Shown here piece after piece: positions 16,714 to 26,200 of a stretch of DNA of 64,000 nucleotides. Position numbers and translations under genes: made by a program. This DNA comes from a virus. Every line of letters starts with the position of its first letter. Position 1 is the stretch's first letter. The notes beneath the pieces are model-generated. The model saw nothing but the letters and a program-made list of their open reading frames with translations. It did not search any database and was not told the origin of the DNA. The stretch covers positions 1 to 64,000 of IMG/VR virus record IMGVR_UViG_3300038393_000864. One strand, given 5' to 3'.

Positions 16714-19533
16714 ATGCAAATTGTAACTCTCAAAGTCGGCACCGCCGCTACAGGCAGGGACTACTCGTCTTTTGCGGCTGCGTGGGCTGCGACCCCTTCC
16801 GATCTGGTTGCTGCCGATATCCAAGTTGTGATTGAGATTTACCCTGATTCGGAATTCGTGGTTGCTGCTAGCACGACTCTTAAGGGTAAAAACACTGACG
16901 CCAATCACACGATCACGATTCGCCCTGCTGTTGGGCAGGGCTTCGCTGACAATCCAAACGTCACTACTAATGCACTGCGATACAACCCTGCAAACGGTGT
17001 AGCATTTCGCTGTAATAACACATCTCTGTTTAGCTTGGAACAGCCTTGGGTAACGGTCAAGGGCCTGCAAGTTAAACAGGTTATTACAGACCAGTACAAT
17101 AGTACTCCAGGGTTTTCGATCAATACTCTTAACAGCGTCATTGAAAACTGTATTGTCGAAAGTAATAACGAGAATCCTTACGCAAATCACGTTGGTTGTA
17201 TTGCAGGAGTCGTACGAAATGTGCTTGTTGTTAGTAGCTCTACAGGCGCAGGAGGTTTTTATGTCAATTCCTCCAACGCTTTAGTTGAAAACTGTACAGC
17301 AGTGCGACCTGCCGGACCGGGCACAGCAACTAAGCCTGCATTCGGCAATAGCACAAGCGGAGGTACTATCCGCAACTGCGTCTCTGTAGGTTTCGCACAG
17401 TTTAGCAGCGGCAGCTTTAACGGGAGTAACAACGCCACTGACAGGGGTACTATCAGTTTTGGTACGAACAATATTACCAGCTTGTCAGCGACCAACTCCT
17501 TTGTCAGTGTTGCTACGGATGGGACACATGACCTGAGACTTAAGGCAGGCTCGCCCCTAATTGATACTGGCACCACCCCTTCGTCGGGGAACCTGATGAC
17601 TGTCAGCGGCAATCGTCAGATGGGCACCTCTGCTGATATCGGCGTATGGGAATACCCGTCTAGTGTGCAAGCTCCGATTGCGACTGTCACAAGTATATCG
17701 ATCACGAACCAAACTGTAGTTATTTCAGGCACTACAATCGGCACACCGACAAGTGGTACAGCATCATTGGTCCCAAACGCGATTGCTTATAACTCTGCTG
17801 TTGCACAAGGTCCAGTGGCCGTTTCTTTGTCGTCCGGTTCATTCACTGTAACTTTCAATACGGTTAAAGCTGGTAAGTATGATGTCAGCCTCTCTTTTGC
17901 GAATTCTGCATATACAGTGGCTGGGATTAATCCGCTTGGCGCTGTTGATATTGTTGGACCAAAAGCACTGAGCTTGGTCCAAGATGCTGTAACTGACGCA
18001 CAAGTTTTGACCATTCACGGCACGGTTGAAAAAGCAACATCGGGTACTTTAGTAGTTCCCGCATCGGTAAGCAATCCTAATGTTGCCAATCAAACTCAGT
18101 CCGTTACAGTTAATACAAGTGTAACACCTAATACATTTACAGTATCGGCAGCACTCCCGGCAGGTAGTTACGATGCCCCTATCCTAACTTTCACTGGCCC
18201 CATCGGAACCAGCTTACCGCAAGCAGGAACAAGCTCTGTCGTGGTTATTGGCCCAAGGGCTTTGAGCGTGGTTCAAGACCCGCTTGATGGTCAGGTGCTG
18301 ACGATCCATGGAACAGTAGAGAAGGCAACGTCGGGTCAACTTAATGTACCAGCGGCTGCTACTAACCCGAACGGTGCTATTGAGCAGATTGCTTCGGTTA
18401 CAGTTAATACAAGTGTAACACCTAATACATTTACAGTGAGTGTACCACTGCCTGCTGGTAATTATGATGCGCCGATCTTGACGTTCTCAAATTATCTTGG
18501 GCCTAGTCAGCCGCAATCTGGCACGTCTCCAGTTTCGATTATGTCGTTCAATGGTAGCCCACAAGCACCTATGCCGACAGGTACGATTACTCCAGACACA
18601 ACTTCACCTGCAATGACTGGTGATCTAGTTGTCACCGATATATCTGCAACAGGTTTTACCGTATCTTGGCAGGCAGCTACTGACGATTTTGGTGTGGCGT
18701 ACTACGAAGTGTCAACGGACGATACAACTTATACGTCTGTTGGAAACGTCCTTACGTATACTAATTCTTCGGCAACTCCTGCAACCACCTACAATGTCAG
18801 CGTTCGGGCGGTTGATACAGCTTCAAACAGAGCAGCATCTCTCATTACTACAGTTGTGACTCTGGCAGGCCCCGATGTGTCCGCCCCTGTTATGGTTGGA
18901 ACAATTGCTGTAAGTGACGTAACTTCCACGGGATGTGTTATCTCATGGGTTGCTGCAATAGATAATGTTGGTGCAGTTGGATATGAATATAGTGTCAATA
19001 GCGATTCGTATGTCGATGCTGGTAAAAATCTCACAGCAACACTATCAGGGCTTTCTCCTAACACTTCTAATTCCGTTCTGCTTCGTACATATGATGCGGC
19101 TGGGAACAGATCACTTCCTATCTCTGCCACGTTCAAAACAGCTTCCTACGCGAGTTTCACAGGCTTCACACCAAGCGTATCACGAACTATCGCTGTGAAA
19201 GCTACTTCCCCGGTGTTTACAGGTGGGAAGTGGTGGACTCTAACGGATGCTAAGAAGCCTCGTGGATTAAAAGACCCAGATGCAATTATTGATATTACAT
19301 TTGATTGGTTTGATTGGTTACAAGATATCGGTTCACCCACTGTGTCTGATGTTACGTTCACGTTGAATGGTTTGAGCAGCGCAGGGACATTCTCTGACGG
19401 CACCAAAACCACAGTGTTTGTTTCGGGAGGTACAGCAGGTACAGCGGCAGCTATCTCTTGTAAGATCAAAACTTTCACTAACCCATCACGGATAGACGAA
19501 CGTACCGTGTACATTGATATTGCGGAGGAATGA
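16714..19533 (+). CDS. tailspike: right-handed beta-helix domain, two 98-aa Ig-like repeats, two FN3 domains, conserved C-terminal module
   Basis: Beta-helix-like repeats (NCIVESNN.., VRNVLVVSSS.., VENCTAV.., IRNCVSVG.., HDLRLKAGSPLIDTG). FN3-like TGFTVSWQAATDDFGVAYYEV.. and TGCVISWVAAIDNVGAVGYEY.. Confidence 0.8.
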   Translation: MQIVTLKVGTAATGRDYSSFAAAWAATPSDLVAADIQVVIEIYPDSEFVVAASTTLKGKNTDANHTITIRPAVGQGFADNPNVTTNALRYNPANGVAFRCNNTSLFSLEQPWVTVKGLQVKQVITDQYNSTPGFSINTLNSVIENCIVESNNENPYANHVGCIAGVVRNVLVVSSSTGAGGFYVNSSNALVENCTAVRPAGPGTATKPAFGNSTSGGTIRNCVSVGFAQFSSGSFNGSNNATDRGTISFGTNNITSLSATNSFVSVATDGTHDLRLKAGSPLIDTGTTPSSGNLMTVSGNRQMGTSADIGVWEYPSSVQAPIATVTSISITNQTVVISGTTIGTPTSGTASLVPNAIAYNSAVAQGPVAVSLSSGSFTVTFNTVKAGKYDVSLSFANSAYTVAGINPLGAVDIVGPKALSLVQDAVTDAQVLTIHGTVEKATSGTLVVPASVSNPNVANQTQSVTVNTSVTPNTFTVSAALPAGSYDAPILTFTGPIGTSLPQAGTSSVVVIGPRALSVVQDPLDGQVLTIHGTVEKATSGQLNVPAAATNPNGAIEQIASVTVNTSVTPNTFTVSVPLPAGNYDAPILTFSNYLGPSQPQSGTSPVSIMSFNGSPQAPMPTGTITPDTTSPAMTGDLVVTDISATGFTVSWQAATDDFGVAYYEVSTDDTTYTSVGNVLTYTNSSATPATTYNVSVRAVDTASNRAASLITTVVTLAGPDVSAPVMVGTIAVSDVTSTGCVISWVAAIDNVGAVGYEYSVNSDSYVDAGKNLTATLSGLSPNTSNSVLLRTYDAAGNRSLPISATFKTASYASFTGFTPSVSRTIAVKATSPVFTGGKWWTLTDAKKPRGLKDPDAIIDITFDWFDWLQDIGSPTVSDVTFTLNGLSSAGTFSDGTKTTVFVSGGTAGTAAAISCKIKTFTNPSRIDERTVYIDIAEE
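17956..18543 (+). repeat. tandem 294-bp (98-aa) repeat inside the tailspike gene
   Basis: GPKALSLVQD..VVVI versus GPRALSVVQD..VSIM. An identical 41-nt core lies at 18103-18143 and 18397-18437. Confidence 0.85.
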
Positions 19534-19931
19534 TGCACCCTACTACAGTAGTTGTTATCAATGAGTATCTTGAGAAGGGTGATGTGACATTTGCAGCAAA
19601 GCCTAGAGTGCCACTTAAAGCTGTACCTTACGGGTCTTTTAAGAGGCAGCTAGTACGACAGCAAGAGTCGGTTGAGCCAGATGCGTTTGCTATATATGAA
19701 GCAACCACAAACATCCCTGCTGAAATTACGGGGATGGCTTTGTTCTTGACAATCTCAAATGCCGCAGGTGTGGTGTCTGAGGTCAAGGGCAAGGTCAATT
19801 CCGATATTAAAGGGCTTGTCTCTTTCAGGGTGTTGCAACTAGATACTGGATTCTACTCGTATGAAGTATCTGTAAGAGCCAACAATTATTATCAGGTGAT
19901 TCTTGATGGCTCTTATGTTGTTCAAGCATAA
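19530..19931 (+). CDS. hypothetical protein (133 aa)
   Basis: ATGATG start overlaps the tailspike stop. GGAGGA SD. Confidence 0.6.
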   Translation: MMHPTTVVVINEYLEKGDVTFAAKPRVPLKAVPYGSFKRQLVRQQESVEPDAFAIYEATTNIPAEITGMALFLTISNAAGVVSEVKGKVNSDIKGLVSFRVLQLDTGFYSYEVSVRANNYYQVILDGSYVVQA

Positions 19932-19933
19932 AA

Positions 19934-19962
19934 TTGACAAGATAGTGTACCAATGCTATAAT
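19934..19962 (+). promoter_or_regulatory. sigma70-type promoter P3 (TTGACA-17-TATAAT)
   Basis: TTGACA at 19934-19939 followed by AGAT.., TATAAT at 19957-19962. Precedes the tail module. Confidence 0.7.
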
Positions 19963-19983
19963 TCTTTTCTGTAAGGGAGGTAT

Positions 19984-20427
19984 ATGGGAAGTTTTGCAGA
20001 CTCTCTCAGGCAAAATATAACAAGAGTGCAGACAGAAGTTAACTTCAAGATTAACGCTGTCGCCTACAACCTCTTCACTCGCATTGTCAACAATTCCCCT
20101 CATGTTGGTGATGGCCCCTATGTAGCGGGCCATTTTGTTGCCAATTGGTTCCCTTCCGTGAACAGCTTCGACACATCTATCACAGGTGCTGCAAGTAATG
20201 GTAGTGACAGCTTGGCGAGAATTGAGAGCATTATCAAGCCTAGCACAGCATTCTTTCAGAAGGATGGCTTCGTGAGCCTGTCTAACAATCTTAGTTGGGC
20301 TATGCGTGTTGAGGCATTAGCTTGGCCTGCGGGCAAAGACCCCATTAGTGGTTGGACTTGGACTGGTATGCGGAGATTCTATGCTCCTGTGGCTACTACG
20401 TTTGCTTTCATCAAAGGAGAGCTATGA
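19984..20427 (+). CDS. tail completion / HK97 gp10-like protein (putative)
   Basis: GGGAGG SD. 147 aa. First gene of the tail module. Confidence 0.55.
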   Translation: MGSFADSLRQNITRVQTEVNFKINAVAYNLFTRIVNNSPHVGDGPYVAGHFVANWFPSVNSFDTSITGAASNGSDSLARIESIIKPSTAFFQKDGFVSLSNNLSWAMRVEALAWPAGKDPISGWTWTGMRRFYAPVATTFAFIKGEL

Positions 20428-20831
20428 ATATTAGACAAGAAGTGGAGTCCGCTGTCGCGGCCTTTGCCTCTGCACAAGGTCCTGCGATTCCTGTCGCGTA
20501 TGAAGGTGTGGCGTTCAACAAGCCTACAAATTCACCGTATTTGCAAGTGGTGTTTCTTAGTAACGCTATTACAAATGCCACTGTAGACGCTCAACGGCAG
20601 CGTGTTTATGGCTCTTTCCAGATCGCTGTATGCGTACCGGACGGAAAGGGCATGAAACAGCTTGACGGTCTTACTAGTGCAATTGCTGCATTATTCCCTG
20701 TGTATGACAAGACAAAGTATAGCACATTCAGTGTAGAACAGCCAGCTAATGTTAGTCCCCCTATGACGGATGCCGCGTTCAGAGTTGCTGTTGTGCGAGT
20801 GCAGTACAGACAAGAGCTTGAGGGCTCATAA
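20424..20831 (+). CDS. tail terminator-like protein (DUF4128-like, putative)
   Basis: AAAGGAG SD with ATGA overlap. 135 aa, immediately upstream of the major tail protein gene. Confidence 0.55.
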   Translation: MNIRQEVESAVAAFASAQGPAIPVAYEGVAFNKPTNSPYLQVVFLSNAITNATVDAQRQRVYGSFQIAVCVPDGKGMKQLDGLTSAIAALFPVYDKTKYSTFSVEQPANVSPPMTDAAFRVAVVRVQYRQELEGS

Positions 20832-20894
20832 GAATACGGTGTGAGCCGTATAACAAGCATCTTTGCAAAGATAATTTAATTTAAAGGAAATATT

Positions 20895-21356
20895 ATGAGC
20901 GGTTCTCTCGCTACTACTTCGGCAACAACAAAGCTGTACATCTCCCCAACCCTGCCCGCCACTTTCGACAGCGCCGGATACACCGCTGTAACAGGCTGGA
21001 TTCTGATTGGCGAAATCTCGTCGCTCGGTACGTATGGTGGCAAAACTTCGGTGCAAAAGCACATCCCCATCGATACCGCCACGGTCGTGAAGCGCGCGGG
21101 CTCGGTGGACTACGGCACGATGTCGATCACTGCTGCACGCCACGTCGGGACTGATATCACCGCACTGAAAACAGCATTCACGTCGCGCGCTTCTAGCTCG
21201 TTTAAAGTCGTTCTGCCTACGGCGTTGGGTGATACTGACTACTTCACAGGTATTGTCACGAGTATGCAAACAAATGCTGGTAATGCAGACCAAATCCTGC
21301 AAAGCAATATTGAGGTGGAACTGGATAGCCCGGTTATCACTGTGGCTGCATCGTAA
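20895..21356 (+). CDS. major tail (tube) protein
   Basis: 153 aa with strong codon bias. Positioned before the G/GT chaperones and tape measure, and followed by a hairpin. Confidence 0.75.
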   Translation: MSGSLATTSATTKLYISPTLPATFDSAGYTAVTGWILIGEISSLGTYGGKTSVQKHIPIDTATVVKRAGSVDYGTMSITAARHVGTDITALKTAFTSRASSSFKVVLPTALGDTDYFTGIVTSMQTNAGNADQILQSNIEVELDSPVITVAAS

Positions 21357-21361
21357 TGTTG

Positions 21362-21377
21362 GAGGGCTTCGGCCCTC
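21362..21377 (+). terminator. GC hairpin with UUCG loop (weak terminator or RNA-stability element)
   Basis: GAGGGC-TTCG-GCCCTC; the downstream T-run is poor (TGTTGT). Confidence 0.4.
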
Positions 21378-21497
21378 TGTTGTAGGGACATGTTGTGAAA
21401 CACTCTCTACAAATGTTTCAAGAGGTACGGGAAATGTAAATCCCTCTCTTAAGCATTCTTAAGACTAGATTTTTGAGAATATTTAAGAAAGGGAATT

Positions 21498-22319
21498 ATG
21501 GCATTAACACAATCGGAATTCATTGAAAGGTGCACGGGCGTACATCAGAATTTTTACGATTACTCCACCACTGTCTACAACAAGGCTTACGAGGACGTAG
21601 ATATCATCTGCCCCCTACACGGAAAATTTACACAAATTGCCAGAAATCATATGATTGGCAAAGGTTGTCCTGAGTGTGGAACTGCGAGGATGGCTCAAAA
21701 GAGTCGGCAAAAGGCTGCACAGAAATTTGTAGAAGAAGCACGCTCTGTGTCTCAGCATGTTGGCAAGGGATATTCTTACAAGAAGACTGTGTATAAAACC
21801 TCGAAAGAAAAAGTTGTTATTACATGTCTGGTACACGGCGATTTTAGTATAACACCTCATAATCACCTTAACGGGCAGGGATGCCGAAAGTGCGCGTCGG
21901 AACGACGGACAAAGAGGACGTTTAAGTCGACATCTGAGGCAGTTCTTTCTGAACTTGAAAATGGGTTTACTCCGTATAAGGCAGGGATACTTTATATCTT
22001 AAAATGCCAGAACATGATTAAGATTGGTATTTCAAACAACGACGCTAGATATAGGTGTGACAGCGTTTCAAAAACATCCGGATTTGATTTCAAAGTCAGG
22101 ACAGTCTACATGTTTGACAGCGGGCGTATCGCACAAATTGTAGAGACAGAGATTCTTAGATTGCTGAGAAAAACATACAAACAGCCTTCTTACAAATTCG
22201 ACGGTTACACAGAAACATTTCTAGATGTAGACATGCCGTACCTGTTACACAATATTGAACTTCTTCTTTCTGTAATCGAAGGGCAAAATAGCCCTCAATC
22301 CGCTTCACAAGAAGCATAA
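21498..22319 (+). CDS. homing-endonuclease-like protein, T5orf172/GIY-YIG-superfamily C-terminal domain with duplicated N-terminal zinc-ribbon repeat
   Basis: Repeats YDYSTTVYNKAYEDVDIICPLHGKF..GKGCPEC and YSYKKTVYKTSKEKVVITCLVHGDF..GQGCRKC. C-terminal GILYILKC..IKIGIS..DGYTETF. Inserted between the major tail protein gene and the chaperone genes. Confidence 0.7.
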   Translation: MALTQSEFIERCTGVHQNFYDYSTTVYNKAYEDVDIICPLHGKFTQIARNHMIGKGCPECGTARMAQKSRQKAAQKFVEEARSVSQHVGKGYSYKKTVYKTSKEKVVITCLVHGDFSITPHNHLNGQGCRKCASERRTKRTFKSTSEAVLSELENGFTPYKAGILYILKCQNMIKIGISNNDARYRCDSVSKTSGFDFKVRTVYMFDSGRIAQIVETEILRLLRKTYKQPSYKFDGYTETFLDVDMPYLLHNIELLLSVIEGQNSPQSASQEA

Positions 22320-22340
22320 CATAACTAAAGGAACTCTACC

Positions 22341-22757
22341 ATGACTTTTGAACTCAACTCGTTGGCCCTTGCAGATGAAACCACTTTTCAACTGAACCAC
22401 CCTGTTACCGAAATGCCGCTGTTTGCACCAGTTAAGAAGGGCGAAGACCCTGAGTCGAAACCTGTGCAAGTTACTGTCAAAGGTGAGGCAAGCGCAGCTT
22501 ACCGGAAGGCGGTTGATGCGATGATGAAGAAGGCCGCTAAGCGTGGCAAGCGTGAAGCGACTCCTGATGAGATGCGTGAGCAAAGCGTTGAGTTTCTGAC
22601 TGCCTTGTCTGTGAAAATTGACAATCTTGTTCTCGATGGTGAACCTGTTGACAATCCAGACGCATTTCGTAAGCTGTATTCCAACCCTCAGTACGATTGG
22701 CTGAAAAAGCAAGTTAACGAGGCCATCGGGGATACCTCGGCTTTTTTGAAAGTCTAA
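22341..22757 (+). CDS. tail assembly chaperone (gpG-like)
   Basis: 138-aa acidic protein directly upstream of the tape measure module. Ends 9 nt after a slippery heptamer. Confidence 0.75.
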   Translation: MTFELNSLALADETTFQLNHPVTEMPLFAPVKKGEDPESKPVQVTVKGEASAAYRKAVDAMMKKAAKRGKREATPDEMREQSVEFLTALSVKIDNLVLDGEPVDNPDAFRKLYSNPQYDWLKKQVNEAIGDTSAFLKV

Positions 22758-23236
22758 GTTCCCAATTTATTTTGTACGCAAGACAGCTTGCGTTCTTAGG
22801 CGCCACGCCCGAAAAATCAAAATACAGCCGATTTGAAATGGCCCAAGGTAACCATCTTGGGCAACGTGACGAAGACGGCAACCTGATAGAGATCGCGACA
22901 GAGATTCAACTACCGGAGATTCCCGGCCCGTGGAGTCATCTGCTCGCGATCTTTTCACTTTCGGGGCAAGCGTTGCAGTCCGGTATGGGGCTGACGCCTT
23001 TATCTTGGTTAGAAATTAAGGCATTTATTGATGTAAACGAGTTAGACATTACGCTTTGGGAAAGGGAACTCTTGAAGCGCATGTCAGAGGCTTATTGCGC
23101 AGAATACCACAAGGCTTCGGACCCCAAACGCCCAGCACCGTACACTCCAGAAGTGGAAGAAAATGAAGTTGACCAGATTGCTCTAGGTTTGCAATTCATT
23201 GAACAGTTGAAACTCTTAAGACAGAAAAAGGATTGA
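22341..23236 (+). CDS. tail assembly chaperone frameshift product (gpGT-like), -1 shift at 22742-22748
   Basis: The -1 frame is open from the slippery site through 23236. The downstream ORF has no ATG start with an SD (the track start is TTG at 22772). Confidence 0.65.
22742..22748 (+). promoter_or_regulatory. programmed -1 ribosomal frameshift slippery heptamer T_TTT_TTG
   Basis: X_XXY_YYZ in the gpG frame (GCT TTT TTG AAA GTC TAA). A CGCAAG-ACAG-CTTGCG hairpin lies at 22777-22792. Confidence 0.6.
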
Positions 23237-23237
23237 A

Positions 23238-26200
23238 ATGGCTCTAGAAGCATCTGTACTTACAGTACGTGTGCAATCTGACGGGATTGAAAACACAACA
23301 AAAGCCCTCAACGACCTTGCCGCTGCTGGCGAGAAAGCTGAGAAGAAGACATCTAACATCGGCAGTGGTGCACAAGCCTCTGCCAAAGCACAGGTGGATG
23401 CTGCTCAACAAGCTGCGTCTGCCTATAATGCCATCATCGACATGATGACGGAGAAGTCTAACACGTTCTATCAAGACAAGGCGATGAAGGCTGCTATGGC
23501 GGCTCAGCAAGAGCTTTTCGATGGTATGTCGATGATGGACAAGCTGTGGGCACATGCTGAAGAAACACGACAAAAAGAAGCTGCTGCTCGTGCAAAAGAA
23601 GCTGAAGACATCCGTAATAGGCAGGCACAACAATTAGCAGATGCAACCGCTGCGAGTGAAAAAGCACTTGCTATCCAATTCGACGCTTATCAAAAACAGA
23701 AGCAGATGGAAGCCAATGCACAAGCCAAAGGCGATGCGCTTAATCAAGCAGGGCAACGTGCTGCTGACTACGCAAAGCTACAAGCTGACATTAAAGCACT
23801 CAAAGAAGAAACTGACAAGTTGCGGGCTGCTGAGAAAGCAGAGCAAGAGCAACGCGAAAAGATTGATTATGCTGATTGGATTGCCCGTGGTAAAGCTGCT
23901 GCACAGGCTACACGAGAGCAAGAGGCTGCTTTGTCTGCACAACAAAAAGCGGAATCACAGGCCAAAGCCGAGGGCGAAGCTTTTGTAAAAATGCTTGAAC
24001 GACGGGCTGCTACTGTTGGTATGACCACAAAGCAGATTCGCGAATACAACCTTGAATTGCTGAGAAATGAGGCAGCAGAAAAGGGCGTATCGGCAGCAGC
24101 GGCAGAGCATATCAACCAACTTGGAAAAGCCCGTGGTGCCCATGAAAGTCTCAACTTCCTGACCGCAGGCTCTGCACGAGAATTAATGGTGCTGGGGCAT
24201 GAACTCAGCCAAGGTCAATTTCAGCGTTTTGGAGGTTCTCTTATCGTCCTTGGTGAACGTATTAACTTCATTCCGGGAGCACTTGAGAGAGCCGGACAAG
24301 CCGCTGCTGCCCTTGGTGTAAGCACCGGCATGGTTGTTACAGGATTTCTTGCCGCCCTTGCTGCGGTAGGTGCATTTGTGTATGCAATCTACAAGGGCTC
24401 TGCCGAGCAACGAGAGTTTAATGCTGCACTTATCTTGTCGGGCAACTACGCGGGAATGACAGCAGATAACATGGAATCCATGGCCCAATCTGTTGGCAAG
24501 GCAAACGGAAGTATCGGTGCCGCGAAGAAGACTATTGTTGAACTTGCTGGGTCTGGTAAATTTACAGCCGATCAAATTCTACTTATCAGTGATGCAGTTG
24601 TGGCTGTAGAGCATGCGACAGGTAAGTCTGGTGAAACCATGATTGGCGAGTTTGAAAAGCTTGCAACAATGGCGATCACTTCCAGCAAGCGCTCGTACGA
24701 TGAAATCTCTCGTCACGTGATGGAGTTGAACGACAAATACCATTTCCTGACGGCTGCACAATACGACCATATTTCCGCTCTTGATAAGCAGGGCAAGAGT
24801 CAAGAGGCTGCGAACGAAGCAGAAGAAGCTTACGCGAACGCTATGAAACGTCGTGCTGATGAGATTCAAGAGAATCTTGGAAGCATCCAAAGAGCTTGGA
24901 TTCATGTGAAAGAAGTGGCATCTGAAGGTTGGGACGCCATGCTGGGTATCGGTAAGAAAGTCACTCCTCAAGACGAGATTGATCGCTTGAAGGGTGTTCT
25001 TGAGACGATGGACTCCCGTCCAGCTTGGTTCTCTGGAAGAGGCCAAGGGGGAGGTGCACAAAAGCAGTTTGACGAGTCTCGCTTGAGAATTGTTATGGCA
25101 CTCACTGCTGCTGTGGAAGAGAAGAACAAAGCGGATGCGGCGGCCATCAAGCAAGGGCAAGACTTGAGGGACCAACAAGCAGGTATTCATGCAATGTCTC
25201 GCAACGATGCCATTATGCAGCAAGTGTCGAAGCAAAGTGCGGGTGAGCGGGCGTTAGCTGAAGAGAAGGTCAATAATGAACTTGCTAAAAGAGCTATTGC
25301 ACTTGATAAGTTATCTCAAGACCCGGAGATTGTGAAGAAAGCGCTTGAGTCGGAGAAGAAGTATACCGACGAGGCGATTGCGGATCGTGAGAAAAAGATC
25401 ACCGAGTTCTACGCTAAAAAAGGTCCAAAACCTCACACAGAAGGTATGTCTGGTTTGGACAAAGAAATCAACGAGCTTAATGAGCAATACGAAGTCCAGA
25501 AGCGTGCAATGGACAACAAAATCAAGCTTATTGATTTTCAGAATAAGTATGGTTTGATGGAAGATGAAAAGGCTCAATCCGAGAAAGAAGACCTCCTCGA
25601 CCAAGAGCTTAAGCTTGAAAAAGATCACCTTCAAAAAGCATTGGATGCAATCAAAGCTTTCCATACTGAAGATGTCCGCTTGAAGAACGATGCTGCGAGC
25701 AAAAAAACAAACATTCAGAAACAGCTTGATAAGGTGATGAGCGATATCGCTCTTAAACAAAAAGAGAATGATCTTGTCCCTGACGTGAACTTGGCAGCAG
25801 AGCAAGTGAAACAACAAAAAGAGCAAGACAACATCCTCAAGCAGATTGAAAAACAGACGGCATCAGTCCAAGCACAAGTGGATGCCTACAATAATCTGCC
25901 AGACGCCGTTAAAGCTGTTGGTGTGCGGCAGAAGGAAATGGCAAGTGAAGTTGAACAAGCAAGAATTGATTCGCTGGAAGTTGAAAAAGAAAAGCTCCTC
26001 AACATGGATGCAATGTACACTATTGTCAATCAACGGCGAATCGACCAGATCGACAAAGAGATTGCTGCACGGCAGAAGCTGAAAGGCGTAGATGTTGCTA
26101 AAGAAGCTAACGACAAGCAGAACAATGCTGCATTGAACCGTTCCACAGAACTGACAAAGATCGCCACACAACAAGTTCGTATGTGGAAGGATATCGGAAG

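Noticed and set aside
13507-19533. Possibility that the duplicated C-terminal modules are a DGR template/variable repeat pair
   Set aside because: No reverse transcriptase is present in the window. The two DNA copies differ at all four bases rather than at adenine positions only, and they differ in flanking context.
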